A DNA stretch of 64,000 bases, from NCBI GenBank assembly GCA_963722885.1, contig CAVROS010000037.1:79138-143137 (forward strand), given 5' to 3'. Of the stretch, positions 37,390 to 47,643 are shown one piece after another. A program made the position numbers and the translations under genes. Below the pieces are notes generated by a model. The model ran no database searches. It worked only from the letters and a program-made list of their open reading frames with translations, and was not told the origin of the DNA. The first letter of the stretch is position 1; every line of letters begins with the position of its first letter. Source of the stretch: an uncultured delta proteobacterium. Its GTDB lineage: Bacteria; Myxococcota_A; UBA9160; UBA6930.

Positions 37390-38776
37390 ATGGCCAGATG
37401 GACTGCCACCGCGCTCGCGGTCGCGCTGGCGCTTGCGGCGACGGCCGCCTTCGCAGTCCCCACCGAGGAGGAGATCGCCCGCCTCGGCGGACCGGAGCTC
37501 ACACCCGTCGGCGCGGAGCGGGCCGGCAATGCCGAGGGCACCATCCCCGAGTGGACGGGCGGCGTCACCGAGCCGCCCCCGGGGTGGGAGCCGGGGATGA
37601 AGCGGCCCAACCTCTTCGCCGACGATCCGATCCTCTTCACCATCGACGCCAGCAACGTCGACCAGCACGCCGACAAGCTCACCCCGGGGCAGATCGCACT
37701 CATCAAGAGCTACGACGGCTACATCATGAACGTCTACCCGACCCGCCGGAGCTGCGCCTTCCCGGAGGCGGACTACGAGAACGCCAAGCGCAACGCGCGC
37801 GAGGCCTCGGTCGACGACCAGTGCTTCATCACCGATGGCAGGTGGAGTCCCCTCTTTCCGCTTCCCGAGAACGGCTGTCAGGTCCTCCAGAACGGCAGGC
37901 TCTCGATATTGAACGGCCTGATAGGGAGCGACAGGATCGAGGCCACGCTGATTCCGACCAAGAGCGGCTCCTTCGTGCCGGTTGTAAGGAGACAGGTCCT
38001 GTACAATCGGACCCACGACCCGAAGTTCGAGACCATCGAAGATCTCGATGGCATCTGGGCCAAGTCGCTCTCCCACAACATGGCGCCGCCCAAGCAGGCC
38101 GGCGAGATCACCCTGGTCTACTCGCTCACCGACGGTCACCTCAAGGCCTGGACCTACAATCCCGGCCAGCGGCGGGTGCGGCGCAACCCCAACTTCGAGT
38201 ACGACAACCCGATTCCCGGCTTCCAGGGTCTGATGACCATCGACGCGACCAACGGCTTCATCGGCGCCGCGGATCGCTACAACTGGAAGCTGCTGGGGAA
38301 GAAGGAGATCTACATCCCCTACAACAGCGTGAAGTTCTTCGACACCGACCTCAAGTACAAGGACATCATCCAGCCCCGCTACCCGCGGCGGGACCTGATC
38401 CGCTACGAGCTGCACCGGGTCTGGGTGGTGGAGGGCACCGTCAGGCCGGACAAGCGGCACACCATCGCCAGGCGCGTCTTCTACATTGACGAGGACCACT
38501 GGATACATAGCCGTGGTCGACGGCTACGACACCAGAGAGAATCTCTGGCGGGTGTCCGAGCACCTTCCACAGCTCCTCTTCGAGGTCCCTTCCTGTATCG
38601 CCAACGGCAGCCTCTTGTACGACCTGGTGGCGGGCCGCTACGTGATCACGCCGGCCATCAACGAGGAGAAGGAACCCATCTACGAACACCTCGGGATGCC
38701 AGCCGAAGAACGCACCCTCGCAGACGACAAGGGTCTCTTCAATCCGGACGACCTGCGGCGCATGGGGAAGCGCTGA
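37390..38776 (+). CDS. DUF1329-family periplasmic/outer-membrane-associated protein, one frameshift as assembled (~38503)
   Basis: An AGGAGG RBS precedes the signal peptide MARWTATALAVALALAATAAFA. Characteristic segments are GTIPEWTGG, YNPGQRRVRRNPNFEYDNP, YNWKLLGKKEIYIPYN and RYELHRVWVVEG. The tail (YIAVVDGYDTRENLWRVSE ...) is in the next frame. Confidence 0.8.
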
Positions 38777-38798
38777 GGAGCGGTAGAGCAGAGCATCC

Positions 38799-41149
38799 GT
38801 GATCCGCTTCCTCGAGAACCTGGTCTTCCGCCACCGCATCGCGCTCCTGATCGTCGTCGGGGCGATCACGGTCGGTGATGGGCTACTTCGCCGCCCAGCT
38901 CCGCATGGATGCCGGCTTCGAGAAGCAGCTTCCGCGAGATCACGAGTACATCCAGACCTTCCTCGAGTATCAGGACCGGCTCTTCGGCTCGAATCGAGTC
39001 ATCTTCGTGCTGCGCGCCAAGCAGGGCGACGTCTGGACCCAGCCCTTCCTGGCCAAGCTGAAGGCGCTGACCGACGACGTCTTCTTCCTCCCGGGCGTCG
39101 ACCGGCGAACGGTCACCTCGATCTGGACGCCCAACACCCGCTACTTCGAGATCACCGAGGAGGGGCTGATCGCCGACGACGTGATCTCCGCCGATGTCCT
39201 CGCCACCCGGATGAACGACGAGGACATCGAGGTGATCCGGCGCAACGTCATCAAGGGCGGCTTCGTCGGACGTCTGGTCGCCAAGGACTACACGGCCGCG
39301 ATGGTGACGGCCGAGCTCCTGGACGTCGACCCCAAGACGGAGGAGAGGCTCGACTACCTGGAGCTCGCCAAGCGGATCGAGAAGGAGATCCGGCAGAAGC
39401 ACGAGAGCGAGGACTTCGACGTCCACATCCTCGGCTTCGTCACCATGATGGGCCAGATCGCCGAGGGTGCAAAGAGCGCCTTCCGGTTCTTCGCCCTGGC
39501 CTTCATCCTCACCGCCGCCGCGGTCTACTACTACTCGCGCTCCTGGATCCTGACCGTCCTGCCGCTGTTCTGCTCGCTCACCTCCGTGCTCTGGCTGTTC
39601 GGCGCGATTCACCTGCTGGGCTTCGGGCTGGACCCGCTGGCCATCCTGGTTCCCTTCCTGGTGTTCGCCATCGGAGTGTCGCACTCGGTCCAGCAGATCA
39701 ATCTGATCTCGAAGCAGGTCTGCGGCGGAGCCGACAGCATCACCGCCGCCCGGCGGAGCTTCAGCGGGCTGCTGGTTCCCGGCTCCATGGCGATCGTCAC
39801 CGACATGGTCGGATTCGGCATCCTGGTGGTCATCCCCATCGGGATGATCGAGGAGCTGGGAATCACGGCGATGATCGGAGTCGCCTTCAAGATCATCACC
39901 ATCCTGGTGATGCTGCCGGTCCTCGCCTCCTTCTTCAAATTCGACGAGCGCTACATCGACCGCATCGTGCGCGCGCGGGAGGCTCGAGAGAGGTTCATTC
40001 GTCGCCTGGGAAGGATCGCGGAGACCGCGCAACGCAGTGGTGGCAGTCGTATTCTTCGTCGCCCTCTTCGCGGTGGCCCTCTGGCAGGGCACGGGCCGAC
40101 ACGTGGGCGACGTCCATCCCGGCTCGCCGGAGCTCCGCTCCGACTCCCGCTTCAACCGGGACGCCGTCACCATCGTGAGCAAGTTCTCCCTCGGACTCGA
40201 CGTGCTCACCGTGATCGTCGAGACACCCGAGGAGTCCTGCATCGACTACGAGGCGATGCAGTATCTGAACGAGCTCAGCTGGCACATCCAGAACGTCCCG
40301 GGAGTGCTGTCCGTGGCTTCCGTCCCGGTGATCGCCAAGCAGATCAACGCGGGCGGAGCCGAGGGGAACCTCAAGTGGGCCACGCTTCCGCGCAACCGCT
40401 ATCTGCTGGTGAGGGCGGTGGGGCACCTCCCCGAGGAGACGGGGCTGCTGAATGCGGAGTGCACCCTGATGCCCATCTACGCCTTCACGGCCGACCACAA
40501 GGCCGAGACGATCAAGCGCGCGATCGCCGCCGTGCACGAATTCCGGGAAAGCCATCCGAGGGATGACATCCGGATCCGCCTGGCGAGCGGCAGCGTCGGG
40601 GTCCAGGCCGCCATCAACGAGGAGCTCGAGCGGTCCGAGGCGCCGATCATGCTCTACGTCTACGCCGCCATCATCGCGCTGGTGCTCGTGACCTACCGCG
40701 ACTGGCGCGCCACCATCTGCTGCTGCGTGCCTCTCGCCGTGGCGACGGCCTCGGGCTACTGGTTCATGAAGGAGCTCGAGATCGGTCTCAAGGTGGCGAC
40801 CATGCCGGTCATGGTGCTGGCGGTCGGCCTCGGCGTGGATTACGCCTTCTACATCTACAACCGCCTGCAGTTCCACCTCTCCGAGGGCCTCGACATCACC
40901 ACCGCCTACCAGCAGACCCTCTTCGAGACCGGGAACGCGGTGATCTTCACCGCCGTCACGCTGGCGATCGGCGTCTCCACCTGGTCCTTCTCCGCCCTCA
41001 AGTTCCAGGCGGACATGGGCTTGCTGCTGACCTTCATGTTCATGGTCAACATGGTCATGGCCGTGACGATGCTGCCGGCGCTGGCGGTCACGATCGACCT
41101 GATCGTTCCGCGGCGCCACAGGGTCAAGGCGCCCACCATCGGCCGCTGA
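38799..41149 (+). CDS. RND-superfamily transporter of the MMPL/HpnN-like type (COG1033-like), two frameshifts as assembled (~38872-38880 and ~40030-40040)
   Basis: Three colinear frame segments make about 780 aa. There are two hydrophobic bundles (e.g. FFALAFILTAAAVYYYSRSWILTVLPLFCSLTSVLWLFGAIHLLGF and YVYAAIIALVLVTYRDWRATICCCVPLAVATASGYWFM), each preceded by a soluble loop. Confidence 0.8.
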
Positions 41150-41160
41150 AGGAGAACGCC

Positions 41161-41640
41161 GTGCTGACCAAGGCGATACGAGAGCTGCTGGCCAAGAGGC
41201 CCGGACCGGCTCCCGGCCCGGAGCGGCCCTTCGAAGTCCAGACGCTGGCCGCCGCGGCGCTGATGGTGGAGTGTGCGCGCATCGACGGCGCCTTCGGCGA
41301 GAGGGAGCGCGACGCGATCTGCCAGGCCGTCCGGGAGGCCTTCGCCCTCGATCACGAGACGGCGGAGATCCTGGTCGGAGTCGCCGAGAAGCACGAAGAC
41401 GAGATGTGGGACAACTGGCTCTTCACCGAGACGATCAAGAGGCACTTCAGTCAGGACGAGCAGATCGAAATCGTTCGAAGACTGTGGGAAATCGCCCTGG
41501 TGGACGAACACCTTCACCCCTTCGAGGAGCGCCTGATCGAACGCGTCGCGCGCGAGCTGGACCTCCCGGAGGAGGCGGTTGCCCGGAGCCGAGAGCAGGC
41601 CATCGAACGGACGGGCGGGGAAGAGGAGCCGCGCGGATGA
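41161..41640 (+). CDS. TerB-domain (tellurite-resistance TerB-like) protein
   Basis: Intact 159-aa ORF with an AAGGAG RBS. The pattern MVECARIDGAFGERERDAICQAV ... EQIEIVRRLWEIALVDEHLHPFEERLIERVARELDL is typical of TerB-like four-helix domains. Confidence 0.7.
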   Translation: MLTKAIRELLAKRPGPAPGPERPFEVQTLAAAALMVECARIDGAFGERERDAICQAVREAFALDHETAEILVGVAEKHEDEMWDNWLFTETIKRHFSQDEQIEIVRRLWEIALVDEHLHPFEERLIERVARELDLPEEAVARSREQAIERTGGEEEPRG

Positions 41641-42595
41641 ACCGCGGGTGGCCGAAGAGCTGGAGGCATTTCCTCTGGGTGCTGACGCTGGCATTGTTCG
41701 CCGCGTCGGGTGCCGAGGCCGCAGAGGAGCAGGCGATCCCCTCGCGGCTCGCGACGAAATCGCTTCTGGTCGATGTGGCGCGCGCGAACGGTCGCCTGGT
41801 CACCGTCGGCGAGTGGGGCCACGTGTTGCTCTCCGACGACAGCGGCGGGAGCTGGCGCCAGGCCGAATCGGTTCCGACCCGGGCCACCTTGACCGCGGTC
41901 ACCTTCGTCGATGCCAAGCGGGGCTGGGCGGTGGGGCACGATGTGCTCGTGATCCACACCCGCGACGGTGGTGAGACCTGGGAGCTGCAGCATCAGGATC
42001 TCGGCGGAGGAGGCGCCGCTGCTCACGGTCTGGTTCCAGGACGCCAAGCGCGGCCTCGCGGCGGGGGCGTTCGGCCTGTTGCTCGAGACCACGGACGGCG
42101 GTGAGACCTGGCAGCGTCGCCCGCTCACCTCGAACCCGGGGGACGACTATCATCTGAATGCCATCTTCCGCGGCCCCGGCGACACGCTCTTCATTGCGGC
42201 GGAATCCGGCTCGATCTACCGCTCGCTGGACGACGGTGCGTCCTGGGAGCGTCTCCACCCGCCCTACAGAGGATCCTTCTGGGGGGGGCTCACAGTCGAG
42301 TCCGGAAGCCTTCCTGGTGTTCGGCATGCGCGGCCACGTCTTCCGCAGCGAGGACCGGGGAGAGAGCTGGCAGGAGCTGGAGAGCGGCACCGATCAGTCT
42401 CTCCAGTCCGGCATCGTCCGAGCGGATGGAACCATCGTCCTGGTCGGGCTCGGCGGCGCCGTCTTGACCAGCAGCGACGGCGGCAGGACCTTCTCCGCGG
42501 CGATCGAGCCCGATCGCCGCGGGATCGCGGCCGCAGCGGAGGGCGTCAACGGGAAGCTGCTGCTCTTCGGCGAGACGGGTGTCAAAGTCCGCTAG
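41637..42595 (+). CDS. Ycf48/BNR-repeat-like beta-propeller protein (secreted), two frameshifts as assembled (~41997-42010 and the G8 run at 42281-42288)
   Basis: The ATG overlaps the TerB stop (ATGA). It has a signal peptide (WVLTLALFAASGAEA) and six Asp-box-like motifs across three frames: SDDSGGSW, TRDGGETW, TTDGGETW, SLDDGASW, SEDRGESW, SSDGGRTF. Confidence 0.8.
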
Positions 42596-42631
42596 CCTGC
42601 AGTTCTCACTGGGTCGCGTAGCGAGGGAGCG

Positions 42632-45028
42632 ATGAGTCGGCCTCTCGGCTGGCCTCTGGCGGGAATTCAGGTGGTCGATCTCTCCACAGAGATCGCGGGG
42701 CCCTACTGCACGAAGATGCTCGTCGACGCCGGTGCCGAGGTCGTCAAGGTCGAGTCGCCCGATGGAGGCGACCCGCTCCGACGCTGGACGGCGTCGGGCG
42801 CGCCGATCGCCGAGGGCGAGGACGGTGCGCTCTTCCAGCACCTGAACGCCTCGAAGCGCAGCGTCATCCTCGACCTCGAGAGCAGCGCCGGACGCGAGAC
42901 CCTTCTCGATCTTGCAGCGACAGCGGACCTGGTGGTGGAGAGCTTCGGCCCGGGAGAGCTGGCGCTCCTGGGCCTGACATTCGAGCTGCTGCAGGCGCGG
43001 AATCCGGCGCTCTCGCTGGTTTCGATCTCGCCGTGGGGAAGCGACGGCCCCTGGGCAGAGCGCCCCGCCACCGAGTTCACCCTTCAGGCCGCGACCGGAT
43101 CGACGGCCCATCGGGGTCTCGCGAGCCGCGAGCCGGTGGCGGCGGGTGGCCGGATCGGCGAGTGGATCGCCGGCGGCTTCGCCGCCGTCGGGGCGCTCTT
43201 CGCCTGGCTCTCGGCGCGCAACACCGGAAGAGGTCAGCACGTCGACCTCTCGATCTTCGAGGCGATGCTGCTCAGCATGACCTACTACCACGACCTGAGC
43301 GGACAGTGGCGCGAGGGGAAGCTGCCCCGGGGAATCGAGGTCCCTTCCGTCGAGCCGGCCAGGGACGGCTGGGTGGGCTTCTGCACCATCACCGGCCAGC
43401 AGTGGCTGGACTTCTGCGTCCTGATCGGACAGCCCGAGCTCGCCAAGGACGAGCGCTACCTGGAAGGGACGTTTCGAAGTCAACAGCTCGAGTTCATGCA
43501 GAAGATCGTTCACGGCTGGACGCGGGAGCGCACCGTCGACGAGATCATCGAGCTCGCCAGCTTGATGCGGATTCCCGTCGCGCCGATCGGCGACGGACGA
43601 AACCTCCCGAAGATGGACCACTTCGCCCGGCGCGGCAGCTTCGTCGAGGGTCCGGGCGGCTTCGTGCGGCCGCGGCCACCCTATTTGCTCGAAAAGACCG
43701 CGCTCAGACCTTTTGGCCCCGCGCCGAAGCTGGGAGAGCATACCGACCAGGTGGCGGCGGCGCGGAAGGTCACGGCGCCAAGGATCTCGGCCGGCGAGGG
43801 AGGTGGAGCCCTGCCGCTCGGCGGCTTGCGCGTCGTCGAGCTCTCCAACTTCTGGGCTGGCCCGATCGCGGGATGGACCCTCGCCGACATGGGCGCGGAC
43901 GTGGTCAAGGTCGAGTCGATCCAACGCCCGGACGGCATGCGCTTCGCTGGAGCGATCCCCACCGACCGCCTCTGGGAATGGTCACCGATCTTCGCCGGAG
44001 TGAATCCGGGAAAGCGCGGAGTGACGCTACAGCTCGACAGCGAGGAGGGGATGACACTCCTCGAGCGCCTGATCCGCGGCGCGGACGTCGTGACCGAGAA
44101 CTTCTCCGCCCGCGTGATGGACAATTTCGGCCTGGGCTGGGACAGGATCCATGCGCTCAATCCCAGCGCCATCATGCTGAGGATGCCGGCATTCGGTCTC
44201 GACGGCCCCTGGCGCGACCGCGCGGGCTTCGCCATGACCGTCGAGCAGGCGAGCGGACTGGCATGGATCACCGGCTACGACGACCTTCCGCTGGTCCCAC
44301 GCGGTCCCTGCGATCCGATCGGCGGGATGCACGCGGTCTTCGCGCTGCTGCTGGCGCTCGAACACCGCCGCCAGACCGGCGAGGGCCAGCTCGTCGAGGT
44401 TCCGCTGGTCGAGGCCGCCCTGAACGTCGCGGCGGAGCAGGTGATCGAGTACTCCGCCTACGGTCAGCTGCTGACGCGCGCCGCGAACCGCGGCCCCTAC
44501 GCCGCTCCGCAGGGAGTCTACCGCTGTGCCGAGAAAGACGAGTACCTGGCACTGGCCGTGGCCACCGAAGCTCAGTGGCAGCGGCTCTGCGCACTGATGG
44601 ATGAGAGCGAGTGGTCTCGCGATCCCACCCTGGCCTCGGCACGCGGACGTCGCGAAGCCCACGATGAGATCGACGCGCGGATCGGGCAGTGGCTATCGAT
44701 GCAGAAGCGCGACGAAGCGGTCCAGAAGCTGGTCGATGCCGGCGTCCCCGCCCACCCCCTGGTCAACGGGCACTTCCTGATGCCCAATCCGCAGCTCGAA
44801 CACCGCCGCTTCTTCCAGGTGATGGAGCACCCCGTCACCGGCGAGACGCGCTATCCCGGTCTGCCGATGGCCTTCTCCGGACTGGAACGCCACCTGCATG
44901 CGAGCCCGCCACCCACACTCGGTCAGCACAACGACGAGATTCTGGGCGGGGAGCTGGGGCTCTCTGCCAACGAGCTCCGAGGGCTGCGCGAACGAAAGAT
45001 CATCGGCGAGCGCCCGTCATTCATGTAA
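42632..45028 (+). CDS. Tandem fusion of two family III (CaiB/BaiF-type) CoA-transferase modules
   Basis: Intact 798-aa ORF. Module 1 starts LAGIQVVDLSTEIAGPYCTKMLVDAGAEVVKVESPDGGDPLRRW. Module 2 starts LGGLRVVELSNFWAGPIAGWTLADMGADVVKVESIQRPDGMRF. Confidence 0.85.
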   Translation: MSRPLGWPLAGIQVVDLSTEIAGPYCTKMLVDAGAEVVKVESPDGGDPLRRWTASGAPIAEGEDGALFQHLNASKRSVILDLESSAGRETLLDLAATADLVVESFGPGELALLGLTFELLQARNPALSLVSISPWGSDGPWAERPATEFTLQAATGSTAHRGLASREPVAAGGRIGEWIAGGFAAVGALFAWLSARNTGRGQHVDLSIFEAMLLSMTYYHDLSGQWREGKLPRGIEVPSVEPARDGWVGFCTITGQQWLDFCVLIGQPELAKDERYLEGTFRSQQLEFMQKIVHGWTRERTVDEIIELASLMRIPVAPIGDGRNLPKMDHFARRGSFVEGPGGFVRPRPPYLLEKTALRPFGPAPKLGEHTDQVAAARKVTAPRISAGEGGGALPLGGLRVVELSNFWAGPIAGWTLADMGADVVKVESIQRPDGMRFAGAIPTDRLWEWSPIFAGVNPGKRGVTLQLDSEEGMTLLERLIRGADVVTENFSARVMDNFGLGWDRIHALNPSAIMLRMPAFGLDGPWRDRAGFAMTVEQASGLAWITGYDDLPLVPRGPCDPIGGMHAVFALLLALEHRRQTGEGQLVEVPLVEAALNVAAEQVIEYSAYGQLLTRAANRGPYAAPQGVYRCAEKDEYLALAVATEAQWQRLCALMDESEWSRDPTLASARGRREAHDEIDARIGQWLSMQKRDEAVQKLVDAGVPAHPLVNGHFLMPNPQLEHRRFFQVMEHPVTGETRYPGLPMAFSGLERHLHASPPPTLGQHNDEILGGELGLSANELRGLRERKIIGERPSFM

Positions 45029-45040
45029 GGAGTTGCGCGT

Positions 45041-45820
45041 ATGATCCTGGAAGATCGAACCCTGGTGGTATCCGGTGTGGGCACCGGGCTGGGACGCGAG
45101 GTGGCGCGCCTCGCTCTCCGCGATGGAGCTCGGGTCGTCCTGGCGGCCCGCACCGAGTCGGTCCTCGAGGCGACAGCCCGGGAGCTGGATCCCTCGGGTG
45201 AGCGCATCGCCTACGCCCGAACCGACATCATCAGCGCAGACGACTGCGAGGCATTGACCGCCCTCGCCCTGGAGCGGTTCGAACGCATCGATGCGGTGGT
45301 CCAGGTCGCCGCGTACGAGATCGTCTTCGGCGGACTGCATGAGACGGATTTCGAGAAGTGGCGCCAAGCCTACGAGACCAACGTACTCGGGAGTCTGACA
45401 CTGATCCGCGCGATCGCTCCCCGGATGAAGAGTGCGGGGGGCGGGTCACTGGTCTTGATCGGGTCGCAGGCGATGTACCAGCAGCAGATGCCGCACGCGG
45501 GCTACGCCGCCTCCAAGGGCGCGCTGCTCTCCGCCATGTACTACCTCGCGCACGAACTCGGTCCGGACCGGATCCGCGTCAACATGGTCGTCCCCAGCTG
45601 GATGTGGGGACCGCCGGTCGAGGCCTTCGTCAAGCTGCGGGCGAAGACCGAAGAAAGACCGGAAAAAGCGATCGTGGATGAGATCACCGGCCGCATCCCC
45701 CTCGGCGAGATCGTTCCCGACGAGGACGTCGCCGAGGCGGCTCTCTTCCTCGCCTCCGACCGAGCGCGCTGCATCACCGGTCAGACCCTGATGGTAAACG
45801 GCGGAGAGCTGATGCGCTGA
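45041..45820 (+). CDS. SDR family oxidoreductase
   Basis: Intact 259-aa ORF with an AGGAG RBS. Motifs are VSGVGTGLGREVA, IGSQAM ... AGYAASKGAL and MVNGG. Confidence 0.85.
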   Translation: MILEDRTLVVSGVGTGLGREVARLALRDGARVVLAARTESVLEATARELDPSGERIAYARTDIISADDCEALTALALERFERIDAVVQVAAYEIVFGGLHETDFEKWRQAYETNVLGSLTLIRAIAPRMKSAGGGSLVLIGSQAMYQQQMPHAGYAASKGALLSAMYYLAHELGPDRIRVNMVVPSWMWGPPVEAFVKLRAKTEERPEKAIVDEITGRIPLGEIVPDEDVAEAALFLASDRARCITGQTLMVNGGELMR

Positions 45821-45851
45821 CCCCGCAGGCCGCTGCCGAGGAGAATTCTTC

Positions 45852-46925
45852 ATGTCTCACAAAGTGATCCTCTGGGGAACGGGCTTCGTCGGGAAGATGG
45901 TGATCCGGGAGCTGTTCGACCACCCGAGCTACGAGCTGGTCGGCGTGATCACCCACAGCCCGGAGAAGGACGGCGTCGACGTGGGCGAGCTCGTCGAGCA
46001 GGAGCCGATCGGCCTGCGCGCCACCACCGACGTCCAGGGTGCACTCGCCACGGACGCGGACGCCGTCGCCTACTTCGGCCCGACGGCCCAGTATGCAGCT
46101 CAGAACATCGAGAACCTGAGCCGCGCGCTCGCCGCGGGCAAGAACGTCGTGGACACCTCGATGACGCCCCTCGTCTACCCCAAGGCGTGTCCTCCGCAGA
46201 TGGTCGCACCTCTCGATCAAGCGTGCCGGGAGGGAGGCACCAGCTGCTTCACCACCGGGATCGATCCCGGCTTCGCCAACGACCTCTTCCCGATGACGCT
46301 GATGGGCCTCTGCGGGCGCGTCGACCGGGTCCGGATCCAGGAGATTCTCGATTACTCCACCTACCCGGGCTCCTACGAGCCCATGGGACTCGGCGATCCG
46401 ATCGAACAGAAGGCGATCCTCGAAAACCCGCGCGCCCTCATCTTCGCCTGGGGACACACCATCCACATGATCGCCGACGCCATCGACGTCGAGCTCGAGA
46501 AGATCGACACCGTCTGGGAGAAATGGCCGACTCCGCAACGGATCGAGTTCGCCCATGGGACGATCCAGCCCGGCGATTGCGCGGCGGTGCGCTTCGAGAT
46601 CCGGGGATTCGTCGGCGGCGAGCCGCGGATCGTCGTCGAGCACTGCAACCGCATCACCAACGCAGCGGCGCCCCACTGGCCAAGGGCGAAGCTCGAAGAG
46701 AACGACGCCTACCGGGTCACCATCGAGGGAAGCCCGAACATCGTTCAGGAAACCACCTTCCGAGGAGAGCAGGACGGCGATCCCAATGCGGGCTCCTGCC
46801 TCGCAACCGGTATGCGCGCCGTCCACGCCATCCCGGCCGTCTGTGCTGCGCCTCCTGGGCTGCTCTCGGCCCTGGACCTTCCGCCGATCCCGGGACGAGG
46901 CAACATGCACCCACACGGCTCGTGA
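45852..46925 (+). CDS. NAD(P)-binding oxidoreductase of the dihydrodipicolinate-reductase-like / amine-dehydrogenase-like family
   Basis: Intact 357-aa ORF with the N-terminal Rossmann KVILWGTGFVGKMVIREL. Length and layout resemble DapB-N-domain proteins. The assignment is by resemblance. Confidence 0.6.
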   Translation: MSHKVILWGTGFVGKMVIRELFDHPSYELVGVITHSPEKDGVDVGELVEQEPIGLRATTDVQGALATDADAVAYFGPTAQYAAQNIENLSRALAAGKNVVDTSMTPLVYPKACPPQMVAPLDQACREGGTSCFTTGIDPGFANDLFPMTLMGLCGRVDRVRIQEILDYSTYPGSYEPMGLGDPIEQKAILENPRALIFAWGHTIHMIADAIDVELEKIDTVWEKWPTPQRIEFAHGTIQPGDCAAVRFEIRGFVGGEPRIVVEHCNRITNAAAPHWPRAKLEENDAYRVTIEGSPNIVQETTFRGEQDGDPNAGSCLATGMRAVHAIPAVCAAPPGLLSALDLPPIPGRGNMHPHGS

Positions 46926-46931
46926 GTCTTC

Positions 46932-47522
46932 TCAGCCTCTAGCGTCCCCGCCGTCATTGGCGTGAAGCTTGGGGAGCAGCTTCGTGATGTGGTCGGTGAG
47001 ACGGAAGAGGGTGTCCAGCTCGCAGCCCTGGCGCTTGCGCATCTCCGCCACGGCGGTGGAGGAGAGGCGCTCGCCCATCTTCATGCACAGGTAGTTGACG
47101 CAGATGTGGTCGCGCGCCGGAAGCCGGCAGCCCGTGGAGCCGAGGAAGAGGCAGCTCTCTTCGTCGCGCCATTCCTTCTCGATCACTGCACCCAACATCA
47201 GGTTGATCAGCAGCAGCACACCGTCGTAGTGGTCCTCCATCCCCCGGCCACAGCACGAGCCGCCCTCTTCCTCCTCACAAGCGCGGCAATTCTCGACCAG
47301 GCCGGCGCCGACCATGGACTCTCTCGAGGCGGCCACGTGAGCGCGCAGCTCTGCGAGGAGGCGATCGACGACCTCGTCCTCGCGCAGGCGCGCGCCGTAG
47401 AGCCGGTGCTGCTCCTGCGCCCAGGCGTACCGCGCCTCGATGGTACCGCCCCGCGACCCACCTGCTCCCATCGATCCGCCCACCCTAGACAAGCCTCCCG
47501 CCGGAGCGATGGCCCAGCGCAC
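46932..47522 (-). CDS. Cysteine-rich hypothetical protein (possible metal or Fe-S cluster binding)
   Basis: Cysteine clusters are CRACEEEEGGSCCG, CLFLGSTGC and CVNYLC. They loosely resemble CxxCxxCC (YkgJ-type) cluster proteins. The start is uncertain (47522 or the internal Met at 47471). Confidence 0.5.
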   Translation of the reverse strand: MRWAIAPAGGLSRVGGSMGAGGSRGGTIEARYAWAQEQHRLYGARLREDEVVDRLLAELRAHVAASRESMVGAGLVENCRACEEEEGGSCCGRGMEDHYDGVLLLINLMLGAVIEKEWRDEESCLFLGSTGCRLPARDHICVNYLCMKMGERLSSTAVAEMRKRQGCELDTLFRLTDHITKLLPKLHANDGGDARG

Positions 47523-47643
47523 TCGAAGTCATGGAAAGACCTTAGCGCCCCTCTCAACCGTCGGGGCGTGAGCCGCGCTCAAGCGGTGCGCTCTACACGC
47601 CGATGAGAGAAGGCCGAGGCAGCAGGCCAAGAGGAGCAGACCC

